Part shown: positions 36,876 to 46,577 of the stretch, piece after piece
Numbering within the stretch: the first letter of the stretch is position 1
Layout: each line of letters opens with the position of its first letter
IMG/VR virus record: IMGVR_UViG_3300047547_000110
Span: 1 to 57,699 of that record
DNA length: 57,699 bases
Reading direction: 5' to 3' (one strand)
Source: a virus
Lineage: Duplodnaviria; Caudoviricetes
The notes under the pieces: model-generated
What the model saw: only the letters and a program-made list of their open reading frames with translations
Database searches by the model: none
What the model was told of the DNA's origin: nothing
Translations under genes and position numbers: made by a program

Positions 36876-37315
36876 AGCAGCGATGGCGGAGGTCTCCCCT
36901 TGTTCCTTCGTGCGCGAAACTCACCGCCCTTGTTTCGCCGGATTTTTCGACGCAGATGAAGCCACCTAGCTGGAAGACTCAATCGGATTTTTCTACGCAA
37001 AGGGCCTCACCCAACTGGGCCCTCGCGCGGCCACCGGAATCGACCACGGATGCTCCGTACGAGGGGAAACTCCCAATCGGCAGCCCTCAGAACAGCCCAT
37101 GGCGAGCGTCACGACCGAATCCATCAAAAGGCCTAGATTGCTATTTTTACTGGAAAGTTGTTTTTATAGGATTAGATTTATCTAAACCTTTATTATTTAA
37201 GGTCTAGATTAAAATAACTAATAAAAACAATAACTTATGATGCAATCTAAGGCATCTAAGCTGTCTAAGCCGAGTAGCCGTGCCGGAAAATCACCACTGA
37301 GAAAAGGGTATATTA

Positions 37316-37433
37316 TTTTCCTGGTACAACATCGAGCTCAAGGTCCAGATTGCTCAGATTGGCTCTAAGTCCTTGATTTACATAGCAAAAGCAGTACGAG
37401 CCTGGCCTTATAAGGGATCTAGATAGCTTAGAT
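37316..37433 (-). repeat. 118-bp conserved non-coding element, copy B (inverted)
   Basis: 84/118 identity to 22467-22584. Confidence 0.9.
37366..37378 (-). promoter_or_regulatory. IHF-binding consensus
   Basis: AATCAAGGACTTA matches WATCAANNNNTTR. Confidence 0.6.
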
Positions 37434-37511
37434 CGTCGCCGCCACAAACAAATGAGGGAGCAGCCGCGAAGCATGCTCCCTCATAATCAGAGACCGTGGC
37501 CGACCTCGACG

Positions 37512-39848
37512 TCAATCAAGGGCATCGCGTGGCCAGTCAACCTTGCTGCCGAACCGAGCCTCGAGCAGACCGCGACAGTGACTCAGGGCAGGAATCTTCG
37601 ACGCAGACGCGCGGCCCATACGATCGACCTTGACCATGTAGTCCGTATCGTCAGGCTTGACCTGAGTGTTGGCCATCTCGCCATTGAGCAGCTTATTGAG
37701 GCGCATCCCGAATGCCACAGGATCAGCAGGACGGTAGACCCGCTGCTCCTTGGCGAACTCCAGATAATCCGCCCGCAGGTGTTCCTTAACCACCACGACG
37801 CCCGTCTCATGCCAGTCGCCACGCGCGTTGGGCAACATGCCGTCGAGCAACTTGTTGTACCACCAGCGCTCCACGTCGTCCATCGTCAAGACCTTCTGGT
37901 CGACGAGTGCCTTGGTAGCAGGTACCTCATCGCGAGGTGCCCATCCCTTGATGTCCCGGCTCAGCAGGTCAAACAACATACCCTCGATGCCACCCTCTTC
38001 GTAGAGCTGATCGTTCAGCGCCTTGAAGAAGGCCTTGTCGCCGCGCCTCTTGCTATTTACCGCGAAGACCGCAAAGCGGCGTTCACCGTCCAGGCCTGCA
38101 GGCACGACCCAGTCACCGTTGGCAGCCATGATGATGTGGACATGGTTCTTGCCCATCACAGCATCACGCCCCTTGCCTTCGTACGCGATCGTCGGCTCGG
38201 TCACCAACTGCTTGAGCTTCGCCTCGCCCGCCTTGTCACCGGCCCAGAAGGCTTCATCAGCGAACAGGCAGATGCAGTTCTGCAGGTGGGAATTGAAGCG
38301 GCCAACGAGGTGCTCCGGCGAGCTGATGTGGAGGCCGTGCGACCCAGCCAGCATTGCAGCTGCGCGGCCTAGCGTTCCCTTGCCGGTACCCTTCTCACCC
38401 TTGAAGCACATCGCGACCTCAGCAGCACGCGAAGGGTGTTGGACCATGTAGGCGAGCCAGTCAAGCACGTACTCATAATGCTCCTGCACGCCATCCACGA
38501 GGACGTCGCGGATGAGCTCCTTGAGCAGAGACCAGTCACGCTTGTTGGGCTGCACGGCCCAGCCGCGCCACAGGTTCAACCAGCCTTCATGCCCGCGCTC
38601 CGGGTCGAAGATGATGCCCTTGTATTGGCGACGATGCGGGTTGCGAATCCAGTAGGACGACCGAGTCACCAGCTTGTCATGAACCTCCACCAATTGGTTG
38701 CAGTAGAGGTTCTCGAAGTCTTCCTTCGTGCTGCGTTGAAAGAAGGGGCGGTTCAGAACCGGGTCCATCTCCTCAGTGAAGATGCGAAACTTGCCGCCCT
38801 CCATCACAACGCAGTGGGCTTCATTCATCTCCTCCATGACGGCGGCAATGCCTTCAGCCTTGGGCTCCGCACGAAGGGTAGCGTCGTCGACACCGTGGCC
38901 GTGCTCGGAGGGGTCCTCCCAGACGTCGAAGTCGTCCTCAGGGTCGGAGCGGACAACCTCGCCGCCCGCTTCCTGCACAACCTTGTGGAGGAACTTGACC
39001 GTGACAGGACGACCGCCCTTGCCCGAGGTGGCATGCAGCGAATCCCAGCGACGGCCGATAATCCATGCGTCATCTTGGTACTTCGCATCTTGCGTGGACC
39101 ACTCGATGAACTCCTGACGGCCTTCACCATTCGTAGCATGGTGGCACGCCATCATCAGGTCGCGCCACGTGTCATGATCTTGGAAGTCTTCGGCGTCGAG
39201 CTGCTCCAAGGTAGCGGCGAGCATCTCTGGTGTGAGCTCGCCGAGGCCCGCAGCATCACCGTGCGCCCGGGTTGGACGACGGCAGAGACGCAGGAGCGTG
39301 TCCGGCATCTCGGGCATGTCGTCCAGAGTGGGAGCTAGGTCGTCCCATTCATAGTGCCGACCGTTCGGGTGGACCGAGCCGGCGGATACGACTTGGCGGC
39401 CTTGCGACTTGAACTCTACTCCCGGATAGGCTTCCAGGGTATCGAGCAACGATACATCAGCCGGCTTGGTGAACCAGTAGTGATGCCCGCCTGAGCCTGT
39501 AATGGTATGAGGCGCAGAGGACAGGTCCAGCCCCACGTCGGCGACAAGTTCGGCCAGGGAGTCGCGGCCTTCGGGGAAGTTGCGCGGGTCGACGTCCAGC
39601 ACCATAATGGATGCGGGAAGACGGATGCCTGCATTGATGCCATCCCTATCAGCGAGTTGAATGATTCCATCAGAGTCGTATTCACGGGCTTGCCATGCGC
39701 CGTCCCTCGGCGTCTTGCCACGGTCACGGCCTTTGCTGTCGACCGCATTCCATGTATGGAGCGGGATCAGCTGCAGGCCTGCTTTAATGTACGCGCGCAT
39801 GTCCGCCACACGTGGGCGCAGGTTTTTCTTCTTCTTGTCGGTACTCAC
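37512..39848 (-). CDS. Primase-polymerase / PriCT / helicase fusion
   Basis: GKTP, VLDVD, TGSGG.H.W Prim-Pol motifs; Walker A GEKGTGKG, Walker B LFADEA. Confidence 0.9.
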   Translation of the reverse strand: MSTDKKKKNLRPRVADMRAYIKAGLQLIPLHTWNAVDSKGRDRGKTPRDGAWQAREYDSDGIIQLADRDGINAGIRLPASIMVLDVDPRNFPEGRDSLAELVADVGLDLSSAPHTITGSGGHHYWFTKPADVSLLDTLEAYPGVEFKSQGRQVVSAGSVHPNGRHYEWDDLAPTLDDMPEMPDTLLRLCRRPTRAHGDAAGLGELTPEMLAATLEQLDAEDFQDHDTWRDLMMACHHATNGEGRQEFIEWSTQDAKYQDDAWIIGRRWDSLHATSGKGGRPVTVKFLHKVVQEAGGEVVRSDPEDDFDVWEDPSEHGHGVDDATLRAEPKAEGIAAVMEEMNEAHCVVMEGGKFRIFTEEMDPVLNRPFFQRSTKEDFENLYCNQLVEVHDKLVTRSSYWIRNPHRRQYKGIIFDPERGHEGWLNLWRGWAVQPNKRDWSLLKELIRDVLVDGVQEHYEYVLDWLAYMVQHPSRAAEVAMCFKGEKGTGKGTLGRAAAMLAGSHGLHISSPEHLVGRFNSHLQNCICLFADEAFWAGDKAGEAKLKQLVTEPTIAYEGKGRDAVMGKNHVHIIMAANGDWVVPAGLDGERRFAVFAVNSKRRGDKAFFKALNDQLYEEGGIEGMLFDLLSRDIKGWAPRDEVPATKALVDQKVLTMDDVERWWYNKLLDGMLPNARGDWHETGVVVVKEHLRADYLEFAKEQRVYRPADPVAFGMRLNKLLNGEMANTQVKPDDTDYMVKVDRMGRASASKIPALSHCRGLLEARFGSKVDWPRDALD

Positions 39849-40036
39849 TCGCGCACCCCCGCTTCCTGGAGGGACACGGGCTGACGGCCTGCCTCTTCAA
39901 TTAGAGCGCGAACTGCGTCGGCTTCTGTGACCTTCTCAGGGTCGGGACTTTCTCGCCGTAGCGACTCCAGCTTGCCGCGAATGAGGTCGCGGTGGGCATC
40001 GGAGAGTCGCAGCGACATCTGTTGGCTGAGTGCCAT
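39845..40036 (-). CDS. Small ribbon-helix-helix-like regulator
   Basis: QMSLRLS strand, ADAVRALI helix; at the divergent control region. Confidence 0.6.
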   Translation of the reverse strand: MALSQQMSLRLSDAHRDLIRGKLESLRRESPDPEKVTEADAVRALIEEAGRQPVSLQEAGVRE

Positions 40037-40252
40037 GGGCGTGCTCCTTCTCAGTATGTGATCGGTTGGGCCTTGGGTGGGCCGGGACTGTCATCTTACC
40101 CGGACGTAATGCAATGCGAAACCGTCGGTTGACCCATCTAGGCCTTATAAGGCTCAGATGCCCTAGACCATTGTCCCGTGAACGTGGGTCCGCAGTGCAT
40201 GGCCTCGGTGTTACGATGAACATCCCTAAACCGCTCAACGAAGGAGAGCAAG

Positions 40253-40786
40253 ATGGACGTCAACGAGTACATGAAGCAGAGCCTGTCCCTGCTGGAGCGC
40301 ATCGCCGAGGGTATCGAAGCCCTCAACGAAAACGGCGTGCACGTCACCAACTTTGTCCTGCCCGAGGGTACGGACCTGAAGGCCGTCGGCAACGTGGTTC
40401 ACGCCCAGCCGGCGGACAATGCCAAGTCGGACGAAGCTGACAAGAAGGCCAAGGCTGACGCCGATGCCAAGGCGAAGAAAGAGAAGGCTGACGCCGATGC
40501 CAAGGCGAAGAAGGAAGCCGACGCGAAGGCTGCCAAGGAGAAGGCTGACGCCGATGCCAAGGCCAAAGCGGATGCTGACGCCAAGAAGGAAGAAGAGAAG
40601 CCGGCAGACACCAAGAAGAAGGTCACGGCCGACGACGCTCGCAAGGCTCTCAAGGCCTATGCCGCGATCGAGGGCAACGACGCTGCAATGGAACTGCTGA
40701 CCAGCCTTGGCGCCGGGTCCATCACAGCCCTGGCCGAGCAAGGCGACGACAAGCTGGCTGAGCTGGTCGCGAAGTGCGGGGGCTGA
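40253..40786 (+). CDS. Lys/Ala/Asp-repeat protein preceding the exonuclease
   Basis: AAGGAG RBS; KADADAKAKKE repeats. Confidence 0.8.
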   Translation: MDVNEYMKQSLSLLERIAEGIEALNENGVHVTNFVLPEGTDLKAVGNVVHAQPADNAKSDEADKKAKADADAKAKKEKADADAKAKKEADAKAAKEKADADAKAKADADAKKEEEKPADTKKKVTADDARKALKAYAAIEGNDAAMELLTSLGAGSITALAEQGDDKLAELVAKCGG

Positions 40787-40791
40787 ACGAG

Positions 40792-41055
40792 ATGAGCGAT
40801 CAACCCAATATGAAGATGCCCAAAGACGCAGCGCAGATTGTGTTCTGGTTCAAGGGCCTTCCGCAACCGACCGCCTTCCTGACGACCCGCGAGGAAGCAG
40901 ACAAGGTGGTCGCCGGCTTCAAGCATGGCGATGAGTCGGTCTCGTTCATGTCGTACCCCGACGGTCGTGGCGTGCGCTCTGAGAGCGTATTTGAGGTGGA
41001 CAACCTCCGCGGCGTGACCATCGAGTATCCGACCATTCAACTGGTAGGAGGCTGA
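40792..41055 (+). CDS. Hypothetical protein
   Basis: Operon-spaced ORF. Confidence 0.65.
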   Translation: MSDQPNMKMPKDAAQIVFWFKGLPQPTAFLTTREEADKVVAGFKHGDESVSFMSYPDGRGVRSESVFEVDNLRGVTIEYPTIQLVGG

Positions 41056-41057
41056 CC

Positions 41058-42593
41058 ATGCCTAGCGCCCACGCAGTACGTAACGCGTCGGGGGCAAAGC
41101 GCTGGATGAACTGCCCGGGCTCCATCAACATGGAGCACGGCCGTCCCAATAACTCCTCCGACGCCGCCCGGCTCGGTACTGCTGCCCATGCTTTGGGTGA
41201 AGCGTGCCTGCTGGATGGCTCGGAGGCTTGGGAATGGCTAGGCGGTCGAGTCCGGCTCGATCCCCGCGAACAGGCCGAAGTCTATCGGCCGAAGCAGCCC
41301 TACATGGGCGAAGATGATGGTGACAAGACTGTCATCGTTCCGGTCCATGCGACAGAGGATGGCTTGCCTCCTCAGGGTCATGAGGACTTCCCGATCGATG
41401 CCGACATGGCGGATGCTGTCCAGGTCTACCTGGATGCCGTCCGTGAAGAGATGGTACGGCTGGGCGAGCATGCTGAGCTGCAGGTCGAGAAGCGCTTCAA
41501 CCTGTCATGGCTTGTAGGCTATGACTACGACGAGGCCGAGGAGGCCAAGGCGCTCGAGGCAGGTGACTTCTACATCTCGCCGTCGGGCATCCGCCGTGAT
41601 GACTTCGGCGACCTGGTGCACGCCGACGGCAGTCCTTCGCACGGTCCGATGTTCGGGACGAATGACGCTTCTGTGGTCCTGCTGTTTGACCATGTGAGCG
41701 TGTTCGACTACAAGCACGGCCAGGGCGTTGTCGTTGAGGTGGAAGACAACGAGCAGGAGCTCTACTATGCCCTCGGCTGTGCCAAGGAGCTGGACTGGGC
41801 TTTCGACACGTTGGACCTCATCATCGTGCAACCCCGGGCTCGCCATGCAGACGGCAAGGTCCGGCGCTGGTCCACCTCCAAGGCCTACCTGCGGGAGTTC
41901 GAGGAACGCCTGCGTGTGGCAGCGGTTGCAACCGAGGCGCCTGATGCCCCGCTGGCGGCTGGTGACTGGTGCAAGTTCTGCAAGGCCGCGGCGGTATGTC
42001 CCCAGCTGCGGGAGGAAGCCTTCCGTCTGGCAGGCGTCGACTTCGGGGACGGATTCGAGGAGCCAACCGTGACCCTGACAGGACCTGAAGACAGTGATGC
42101 CGACCTGGAGCTGCGCATGCGGGCTATCCCCATGCTCGACAGCTTCATCAAGGCAACCGAAACCGAGGCGCTCCGTCGCCTGCGTGAAACCCCTGGCGGC
42201 GAGGCCTGCTATGGCAAGCTGGTCCGCAAGAAGGCGAACCGCGCCTTCCGCACCGACTTGACCGAGGAGGTCGACGGCGAGGAGAAGCCCATTGTGGTCT
42301 TCGACAAGCTGGTCGAGGCGGGCATCCCACGGGAGATGCTGTACGAGGAGCCGAAGCCGAAGAGCCCGTCCAAGGTGGAGGCGGTTCGTCCGCCCGAACT
42401 GATGGCGAAGCTCAAGGCTGAGAAGGTAAAGGCTCCGGCGGCGCACATCAAGGCGCTGGTGGCGCAGTACACCTTCAAGCCCGAGGGAGGCATCACCGTC
42501 GCGCCTCTGTCTGACCCCCGCGAGGCGGTCGATCCGAGCGCAGCGGCAGAAGCCGACTTCGATGCCGTCGATGGCGAGGCCTCCTACGAATAG
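41058..42593 (+). CDS. Cas4-like PD-(D/E)XK exonuclease (DUF2800 family)
   Basis: RW..CPGS, GTAAH, FGTND, DYKHG.G, Q...YALG, C.FC.A...C. Confidence 0.88.
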   Translation: MPSAHAVRNASGAKRWMNCPGSINMEHGRPNNSSDAARLGTAAHALGEACLLDGSEAWEWLGGRVRLDPREQAEVYRPKQPYMGEDDGDKTVIVPVHATEDGLPPQGHEDFPIDADMADAVQVYLDAVREEMVRLGEHAELQVEKRFNLSWLVGYDYDEAEEAKALEAGDFYISPSGIRRDDFGDLVHADGSPSHGPMFGTNDASVVLLFDHVSVFDYKHGQGVVVEVEDNEQELYYALGCAKELDWAFDTLDLIIVQPRARHADGKVRRWSTSKAYLREFEERLRVAAVATEAPDAPLAAGDWCKFCKAAAVCPQLREEAFRLAGVDFGDGFEEPTVTLTGPEDSDADLELRMRAIPMLDSFIKATETEALRRLRETPGGEACYGKLVRKKANRAFRTDLTEEVDGEEKPIVVFDKLVEAGIPREMLYEEPKPKSPSKVEAVRPPELMAKLKAEKVKAPAAHIKALVAQYTFKPEGGITVAPLSDPREAVDPSAAAEADFDAVDGEASYE

Positions 42594-42610
42594 GGGTATC
42601 GCTGCAACTT

Positions 42611-42647
42611 GGGTGGGAGCATGATGAGTGCTCCCACCCTTTCTTTT
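42611..42647 (+). terminator. Rho-independent terminator
   Basis: GGGTGGGAGCA...TGCTCCCACCC TTTCTTTT. Confidence 0.75.
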
Positions 42648-42667
42648 AACCTGTATAGGAGAATGTT

Positions 42668-43093
42668 ATGGCAAAGTCCAGTATCGATTCCCGGCGCCAG
42701 AATGTCAGCATCACCGGTGCCAACCGCAAGCAAGTCAAGAACCGCAACAAGCTGTCCGTCATCGGCAAGATTCACGAGCAGGCCATGTACGGCATCCAGA
42801 ATGCGACCAACGTGAAGGCTTGTAGTCTGTCTGGTGACGGTGCCTATGCGCTGATCGACCAGGGGCTCGCTTTCCTGGAACGCGTACCACCGTTTGACGG
42901 GTTCAACCCCACCACGATGGGTGAAGAGGTTGCTCAGGTCCTCGAGGCCCTGGCCACGCATGTGCGCCACAACCCTGAGGTGCTCGGTGCCGCGCTGCCG
43001 GGCGGAGCTGCGCCCATCTACCGCCTGTTGCTGGCCGACGCTGTTCGCATCAATACCCACTCCGACGCCGATTCCGAGCCCGACGAAGTCTAA
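42668..43093 (+). CDS. Hypothetical protein
   Basis: AGGAG RBS. Confidence 0.7.
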   Translation: MAKSSIDSRRQNVSITGANRKQVKNRNKLSVIGKIHEQAMYGIQNATNVKACSLSGDGAYALIDQGLAFLERVPPFDGFNPTTMGEEVAQVLEALATHVRHNPEVLGAALPGGAAPIYRLLLADAVRINTHSDADSEPDEV

Positions 43094-43128
43094 CGGCGCA
43101 GTCCAACCAACCGATCAAGGAGCAAACA

Positions 43129-43806
43129 ATGGAACAACCCAAGATGAGTGACCTGCAGTCCAAGCTGGCTGGCGATGCACAGCCTTCTTCGGCAGCCGAA
43201 GAACTGCGCCAAGCCATGCAGGACATGCTGGAGCAAGACAACCACCTGGTCAAGGGCCTTGCAGCACAGTCCAAGAAGCAGCTGGCCCGCGAAGTCGTCC
43301 ACCTGCGCGCCATGATTAAGGTGGTCCAGAATGCCACCCGCAATGTGCGCATCGACGGCCACCGGTTCGGCCACGCGGAAGCCTTTATGCTGATGACCTA
43401 CAAAGAGGTCGACGGCGAGGGCTCTATCCTGGTGTGGAACTCACGCGATGGCGTCACGCCGTTCGTCATCAACATCGGGTCGAAAAAGTACCAGCACGAC
43501 ATTCCGCGCCAGCAGGGCCCGTTCTTCGACCTGCCGCGTGAGCATTCGGTCTCCCATGTGTGGGTGACTCGCACCGATGCCCAGGTGCTCGAGGCGTGGC
43601 GTCGCACGATGGACCGCGCTGTCGAGCTGGGCAAGATCGATCCCGAGAAAGCCGCAGGCATGCGTGACAACCTGGAAGTCGCCGAGTCCTGGCACTACCG
43701 TATCGGCCTCCGTAACCTGGAGACCGGGCGCTTCACCGACGAAGAGGTCCTCGAGGCCGCTCACGCCACCAACCCCAACCAACCGGAGCTCTTTCCCAAT
43801 GACTGA
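43129..43806 (+). CDS. Hypothetical protein
   Basis: AAGGAG RBS; HAEAF.LM.Y...WNSRDGVTPF. Confidence 0.75.
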   Translation: MEQPKMSDLQSKLAGDAQPSSAAEELRQAMQDMLEQDNHLVKGLAAQSKKQLAREVVHLRAMIKVVQNATRNVRIDGHRFGHAEAFMLMTYKEVDGEGSILVWNSRDGVTPFVINIGSKKYQHDIPRQQGPFFDLPREHSVSHVWVTRTDAQVLEAWRRTMDRAVELGKIDPEKAAGMRDNLEVAESWHYRIGLRNLETGRFTDEEVLEAAHATNPNQPELFPND

Positions 43807-44377
43807 ACAACGCATCCCGGCGCGTGTGCTTCGCACCGTGCCTTATGACCAGATGGTCCGCAACCTCTTCAAGCCGATGGGCAGCAAAGAGGCCTCCTTC
43901 CTGCACGCCGCCATCGGCATCTCGGGTGAGTGCGGCGAGCTGCTTGTCGCCTCGTCCATCGAGAACATCGTCGAAGAGCTGGGCGACATCGAGTTCTACG
44001 TCGAGGCAGGGTACCAGGTCCTCGGCGGCCGTCGTACCCCTCTCGCTGATAGCCTCGAGGTGGCCGGTTCTGACCCTTGCATGCACCAGGTGCTGGGCAC
44101 GGTGACCATCGCCTTGTCATCCACGTCGGCGCGCTTACTCGACCTGGCCAAGAAGGGCTGGGTCTACAACAAGCCCATGGATGAGAACGTCGAGCGCGCC
44201 TTGCGCTATGAGCTCATGCGCATCGAGCTCATGATGGAGCAGCTGCGTGAGATGATCGGCGTGCGTCGTCCCGACGTCCTGGGCGCCAACCAGGGCAAGC
44301 TTGGCAAGCGCTATCCCGAGGGCGTCTACACCGACCAAGCCGCGCAGACTCGGGCTGACAAGCCTGACGGCGAGTGA
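43799..44377 (+). CDS. MazG-like nucleotide pyrophosphohydrolase
   Basis: LHAAIGISGECGEL, EELGDIEFY, N..KL..RYP.G. Confidence 0.8.
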   Translation: MTEQRIPARVLRTVPYDQMVRNLFKPMGSKEASFLHAAIGISGECGELLVASSIENIVEELGDIEFYVEAGYQVLGGRRTPLADSLEVAGSDPCMHQVLGTVTIALSSTSARLLDLAKKGWVYNKPMDENVERALRYELMRIELMMEQLREMIGVRRPDVLGANQGKLGKRYPEGVYTDQAAQTRADKPDGE

Positions 44378-44670
44378 CTACCAAGGTCATCAACCGCCGC
44401 AGTGGGGCGTCCTACGACTTGATGGTCGATAGGACGTCTTTCTGGGGCAACCCTTTCCATATTGGAGTTGACGGCACTCGTCGTGAGGTGATTGCCAAGT
44501 ACCGCGCGATGGTGTTGTCGCGACCTGATATGGTGGCCAGATTGCCGGAGCTGCGCGGCAAGACATTGGGCTGCTGGTGTAAGCCGAAACCCTGTCATGC
44601 CGACGTTCTTGCAGAGCTGGCAGATTCTGAGCTGTTTGACGGCTCGCTCTCAGGGATCAACCTGAGATAA
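44374..44670 (+). CDS. DUF4326-family protein
   Basis: WGNPF, LRGKTLGCWCKPKPCHADVL. Confidence 0.85.
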   Translation: MTTKVINRRSGASYDLMVDRTSFWGNPFHIGVDGTRREVIAKYRAMVLSRPDMVARLPELRGKTLGCWCKPKPCHADVLAELADSELFDGSLSGINLR

Positions 44671-44680
44671 TTCAACTCTA

Positions 44681-44730
44681 CTCGCTGCAGTCGCTTCCCT
44701 TGGGAGGCACACAGACCCGGCTGCAGCGGG
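44681..44730 (+). promoter_or_regulatory. Structured leader upstream of the SSB gene
   Basis: CGCTGCAGTCG/CGGCTGCAGCG stem enclosing a CTTCCC-TT-GGGAGG hairpin. Confidence 0.5.
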
Positions 44731-44785
44731 TGGACTCCATGTCAATCTCGACTATCTCGTAAACCCGCTATAAGGAGTATCATCC

Positions 44786-45388
44786 ATGGCAACCGATAAG
44801 AAAGACGTCCGCAAGGTCACCTCTCCCCGCTTCCGCGCCAGCTTCGTCTGGGCGTTCAAACCGCAGCCTCCGATGGAAGGCAGCACTGGTGATCCGAAGT
44901 ACGGCGTCACCATGCTGTTCGACGAAGCGGCTCGCAAGACGCCGCAGTACGAGGCGATGAAGAAGCTGGCAGTGCACGCCGCCAAGGAAAAGTTCGGCGA
45001 CAAGCTGAAGCCGGACGGCAAGGGCTGGTTCATCGGCCTGCGCAATCCGTTTCGCGACGGCGCTGAGAAGTCCGAGCTGGAAGGCTACGAGGGCATGACC
45101 TTCGCCAGCGCAACCAGCAAGATGCAACCGGGCATCGTGGACCAATCGCTGAGCCGCATCATCAGCGAGGACGACTACTACAGCGGCTGCTACAGCCGTG
45201 CCACTGTCACGGCCTACGGCTATGACAAGGCTGGCAACAAGGGCGTTGCGTTCGGCCTGCAGAACCTGCAGAAGCTGGGCGATGGCGACCGCTTCTCCGG
45301 CCGCACGGCTGCGGAAGACGACTTCGATTCCGTCGACGACTTCGTCGGCGAGGGTGAAGCCGGCAGCGACGCCAGCTTCCTCGACTAA
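44786..45388 (+). CDS. ssDNA-binding protein (DUF2815 family)
   Basis: PFRDG, YSGCY.RA, AY...GNKGVAFGLQNLQ...DG, acidic C-tail. Confidence 0.88.
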   Translation: MATDKKDVRKVTSPRFRASFVWAFKPQPPMEGSTGDPKYGVTMLFDEAARKTPQYEAMKKLAVHAAKEKFGDKLKPDGKGWFIGLRNPFRDGAEKSELEGYEGMTFASATSKMQPGIVDQSLSRIISEDDYYSGCYSRATVTAYGYDKAGNKGVAFGLQNLQKLGDGDRFSGRTAAEDDFDSVDDFVGEGEAGSDASFLD

Positions 45389-45404
45389 CCTCGAGCATGC
45401 TGGT

Positions 45405-45435
45405 AAGGAGGGGAGCTTCGGCTCCCCTTCTTTTT
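45405..45435 (+). terminator. Rho-independent terminator
   Basis: GGGGAGC-TTCG-GCTCCCC TTCTTTTT. Confidence 0.85.
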
Positions 45436-45472
45436 GCCCATTCAATGGCGTCCCAGGGCGGAAGACCACGCC

Positions 45473-45706
45473 ATGATCTATCCCATGCACTCAACGGAGC
45501 ACATCCAAATGGCTAGGACTGACGATAGACATGTCCACCTCGAGCTGGTGGATCACAAGACGGAAGAGGAGCGCTGGCGTGAGGAAGCCTTGCACAAGCT
45601 GCGCCCTCGCCCGGAGCTCCAGGCCAAGATCGATGAAGCCAAGCGCCGTCGGAGCCCCAAGACCAAGTTCCAAAAGGTCATGCGGTTCCTGCGGGGCGGG
45701 CGGTGA
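45473..45706 (+). CDS. Hypothetical protein
   Basis: ORF between terminator and next gene; start uncertain. Confidence 0.55.
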   Translation: MIYPMHSTEHIQMARTDDRHVHLELVDHKTEEERWREEALHKLRPRPELQAKIDEAKRRRSPKTKFQKVMRFLRGGR

Positions 45707-45891
45707 CACCAACCCGGGCGATGATGGCCCGTATAGAAGACAGCGGGTACCAGTTCCTCCGTGGGGAGTCGGGCTGGTCACTGTACGACCTCGATGACCG
45801 AAGCGAGGTCAAGGGCGCACATGCGAAAGCATTGGGCGATGCAATATGGCTCGCAGCCGACATACTCGGCTTGAAACACGAAGGAGAATGA
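45703..45891 (+). CDS. Hypothetical protein
   Basis: Overlapping start/stop. Confidence 0.55.
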   Translation: MTPTRAMMARIEDSGYQFLRGESGWSLYDLDDRSEVKGAHAKALGDAIWLAADILGLKHEGE

Positions 45892-46577
45892 CCGTGGAAG
45901 AAAATCGTAGGGAGAAACTCATCTCCCGACTCAAGAAGTGCTTGGCCCTATCGGCCTCGCCGGAGCCTCACGAAGCAGCTGCAGCGCTTCGACAAGCACA
46001 GAAGCTCATGACTGAATTGGGCATGACCGAGGCCGACCTGCTTGGCCTGGAGCTTGCCAATGCGGTCGTCAAAACGCGTGAGGGCTTTGGGGCCTGCCGG
46101 ACGATGAACTTCCTGACATCAATCATCATGGAGGCCTTCGGCATCCAGTGCATCTACGAGCGGAACCCAGGCTCAGCCAATCGGCTCAACGTCCGCTATG
46201 TTGGCCCGCAAGACCGCGTACTGCTGGCCGAGTACTCCCATCGAGTCGTGTGGCGAGCCATGCAGGGCTCGTGGGACAACTTCCTGATCCAGCGGCCTTG
46301 GCTTAAGGGTGACGGCGGCAAGCGTCAAGCCTTCCATCTTGGTTGGCTTGTCGGCGTCCGTGAGAAGATCGAGGCCATCGTCCCTTCAGATGAAGAGACT
46401 GCTGCAGTCAATCGCTGGATCGCCAAGAAGTATGGCGAGCTGGTGCCTGGCAAGGCTGTCAAGCAGAAGCCCGTCAACGCCGCTGCCTTCAACGCAGGCA
46501 TCGAGGCAGCCGAAGACTTCTCCCTCCACACTCCGGTTGAAGAGCATCAGCTCTCAATCGGCCACGCGGGAGCCTGA
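45888..46577 (+). CDS. DUF2786-domain protein
   Basis: KLI.RLKKCLAL..S.EPHEAAAALRQAQKLM; F..GW. Confidence 0.8.
   Translation: MTVEENRREKLISRLKKCLALSASPEPHEAAAALRQAQKLMTELGMTEADLLGLELANAVVKTREGFGACRTMNFLTSIIMEAFGIQCIYERNPGSANRLNVRYVGPQDRVLLAEYSHRVVWRAMQGSWDNFLIQRPWLKGDGGKRQAFHLGWLVGVREKIEAIVPSDEETAAVNRWIAKKYGELVPGKAVKQKPVNAAAFNAGIEAAEDFSLHTPVEEHQLSIGHAGA

Larger units (their letters stand above)
37130..37440. other. AT-rich intergenic region with repeated CT(T/C)AGA(T) motifs; candidate origin or packaging region
   Basis: Strongly AT-rich relative to the genome; between primase-helicase and terS. Confidence 0.55.

Noticed and set aside
36880-37207. 205-aa + ORF (36590-37207) and 65-aa ORF at 22492-22689
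   Set aside because: They overlap terS antisense or the conserved non-coding element, have atypical composition and lack an RBS
40430-40600. Short direct repeats (GCTGACGCCGATGCCAAGGC), also 52880-53070 and 26676-26770
   Set aside because: In-frame coding repeats of low-complexity peptides, not arrays or iterons
41058-42593. Cas4-like gene as evidence of a CRISPR system
   Set aside because: No repeat-spacer array or other cas genes; DUF2800 exonucleases are standard in such replication modules
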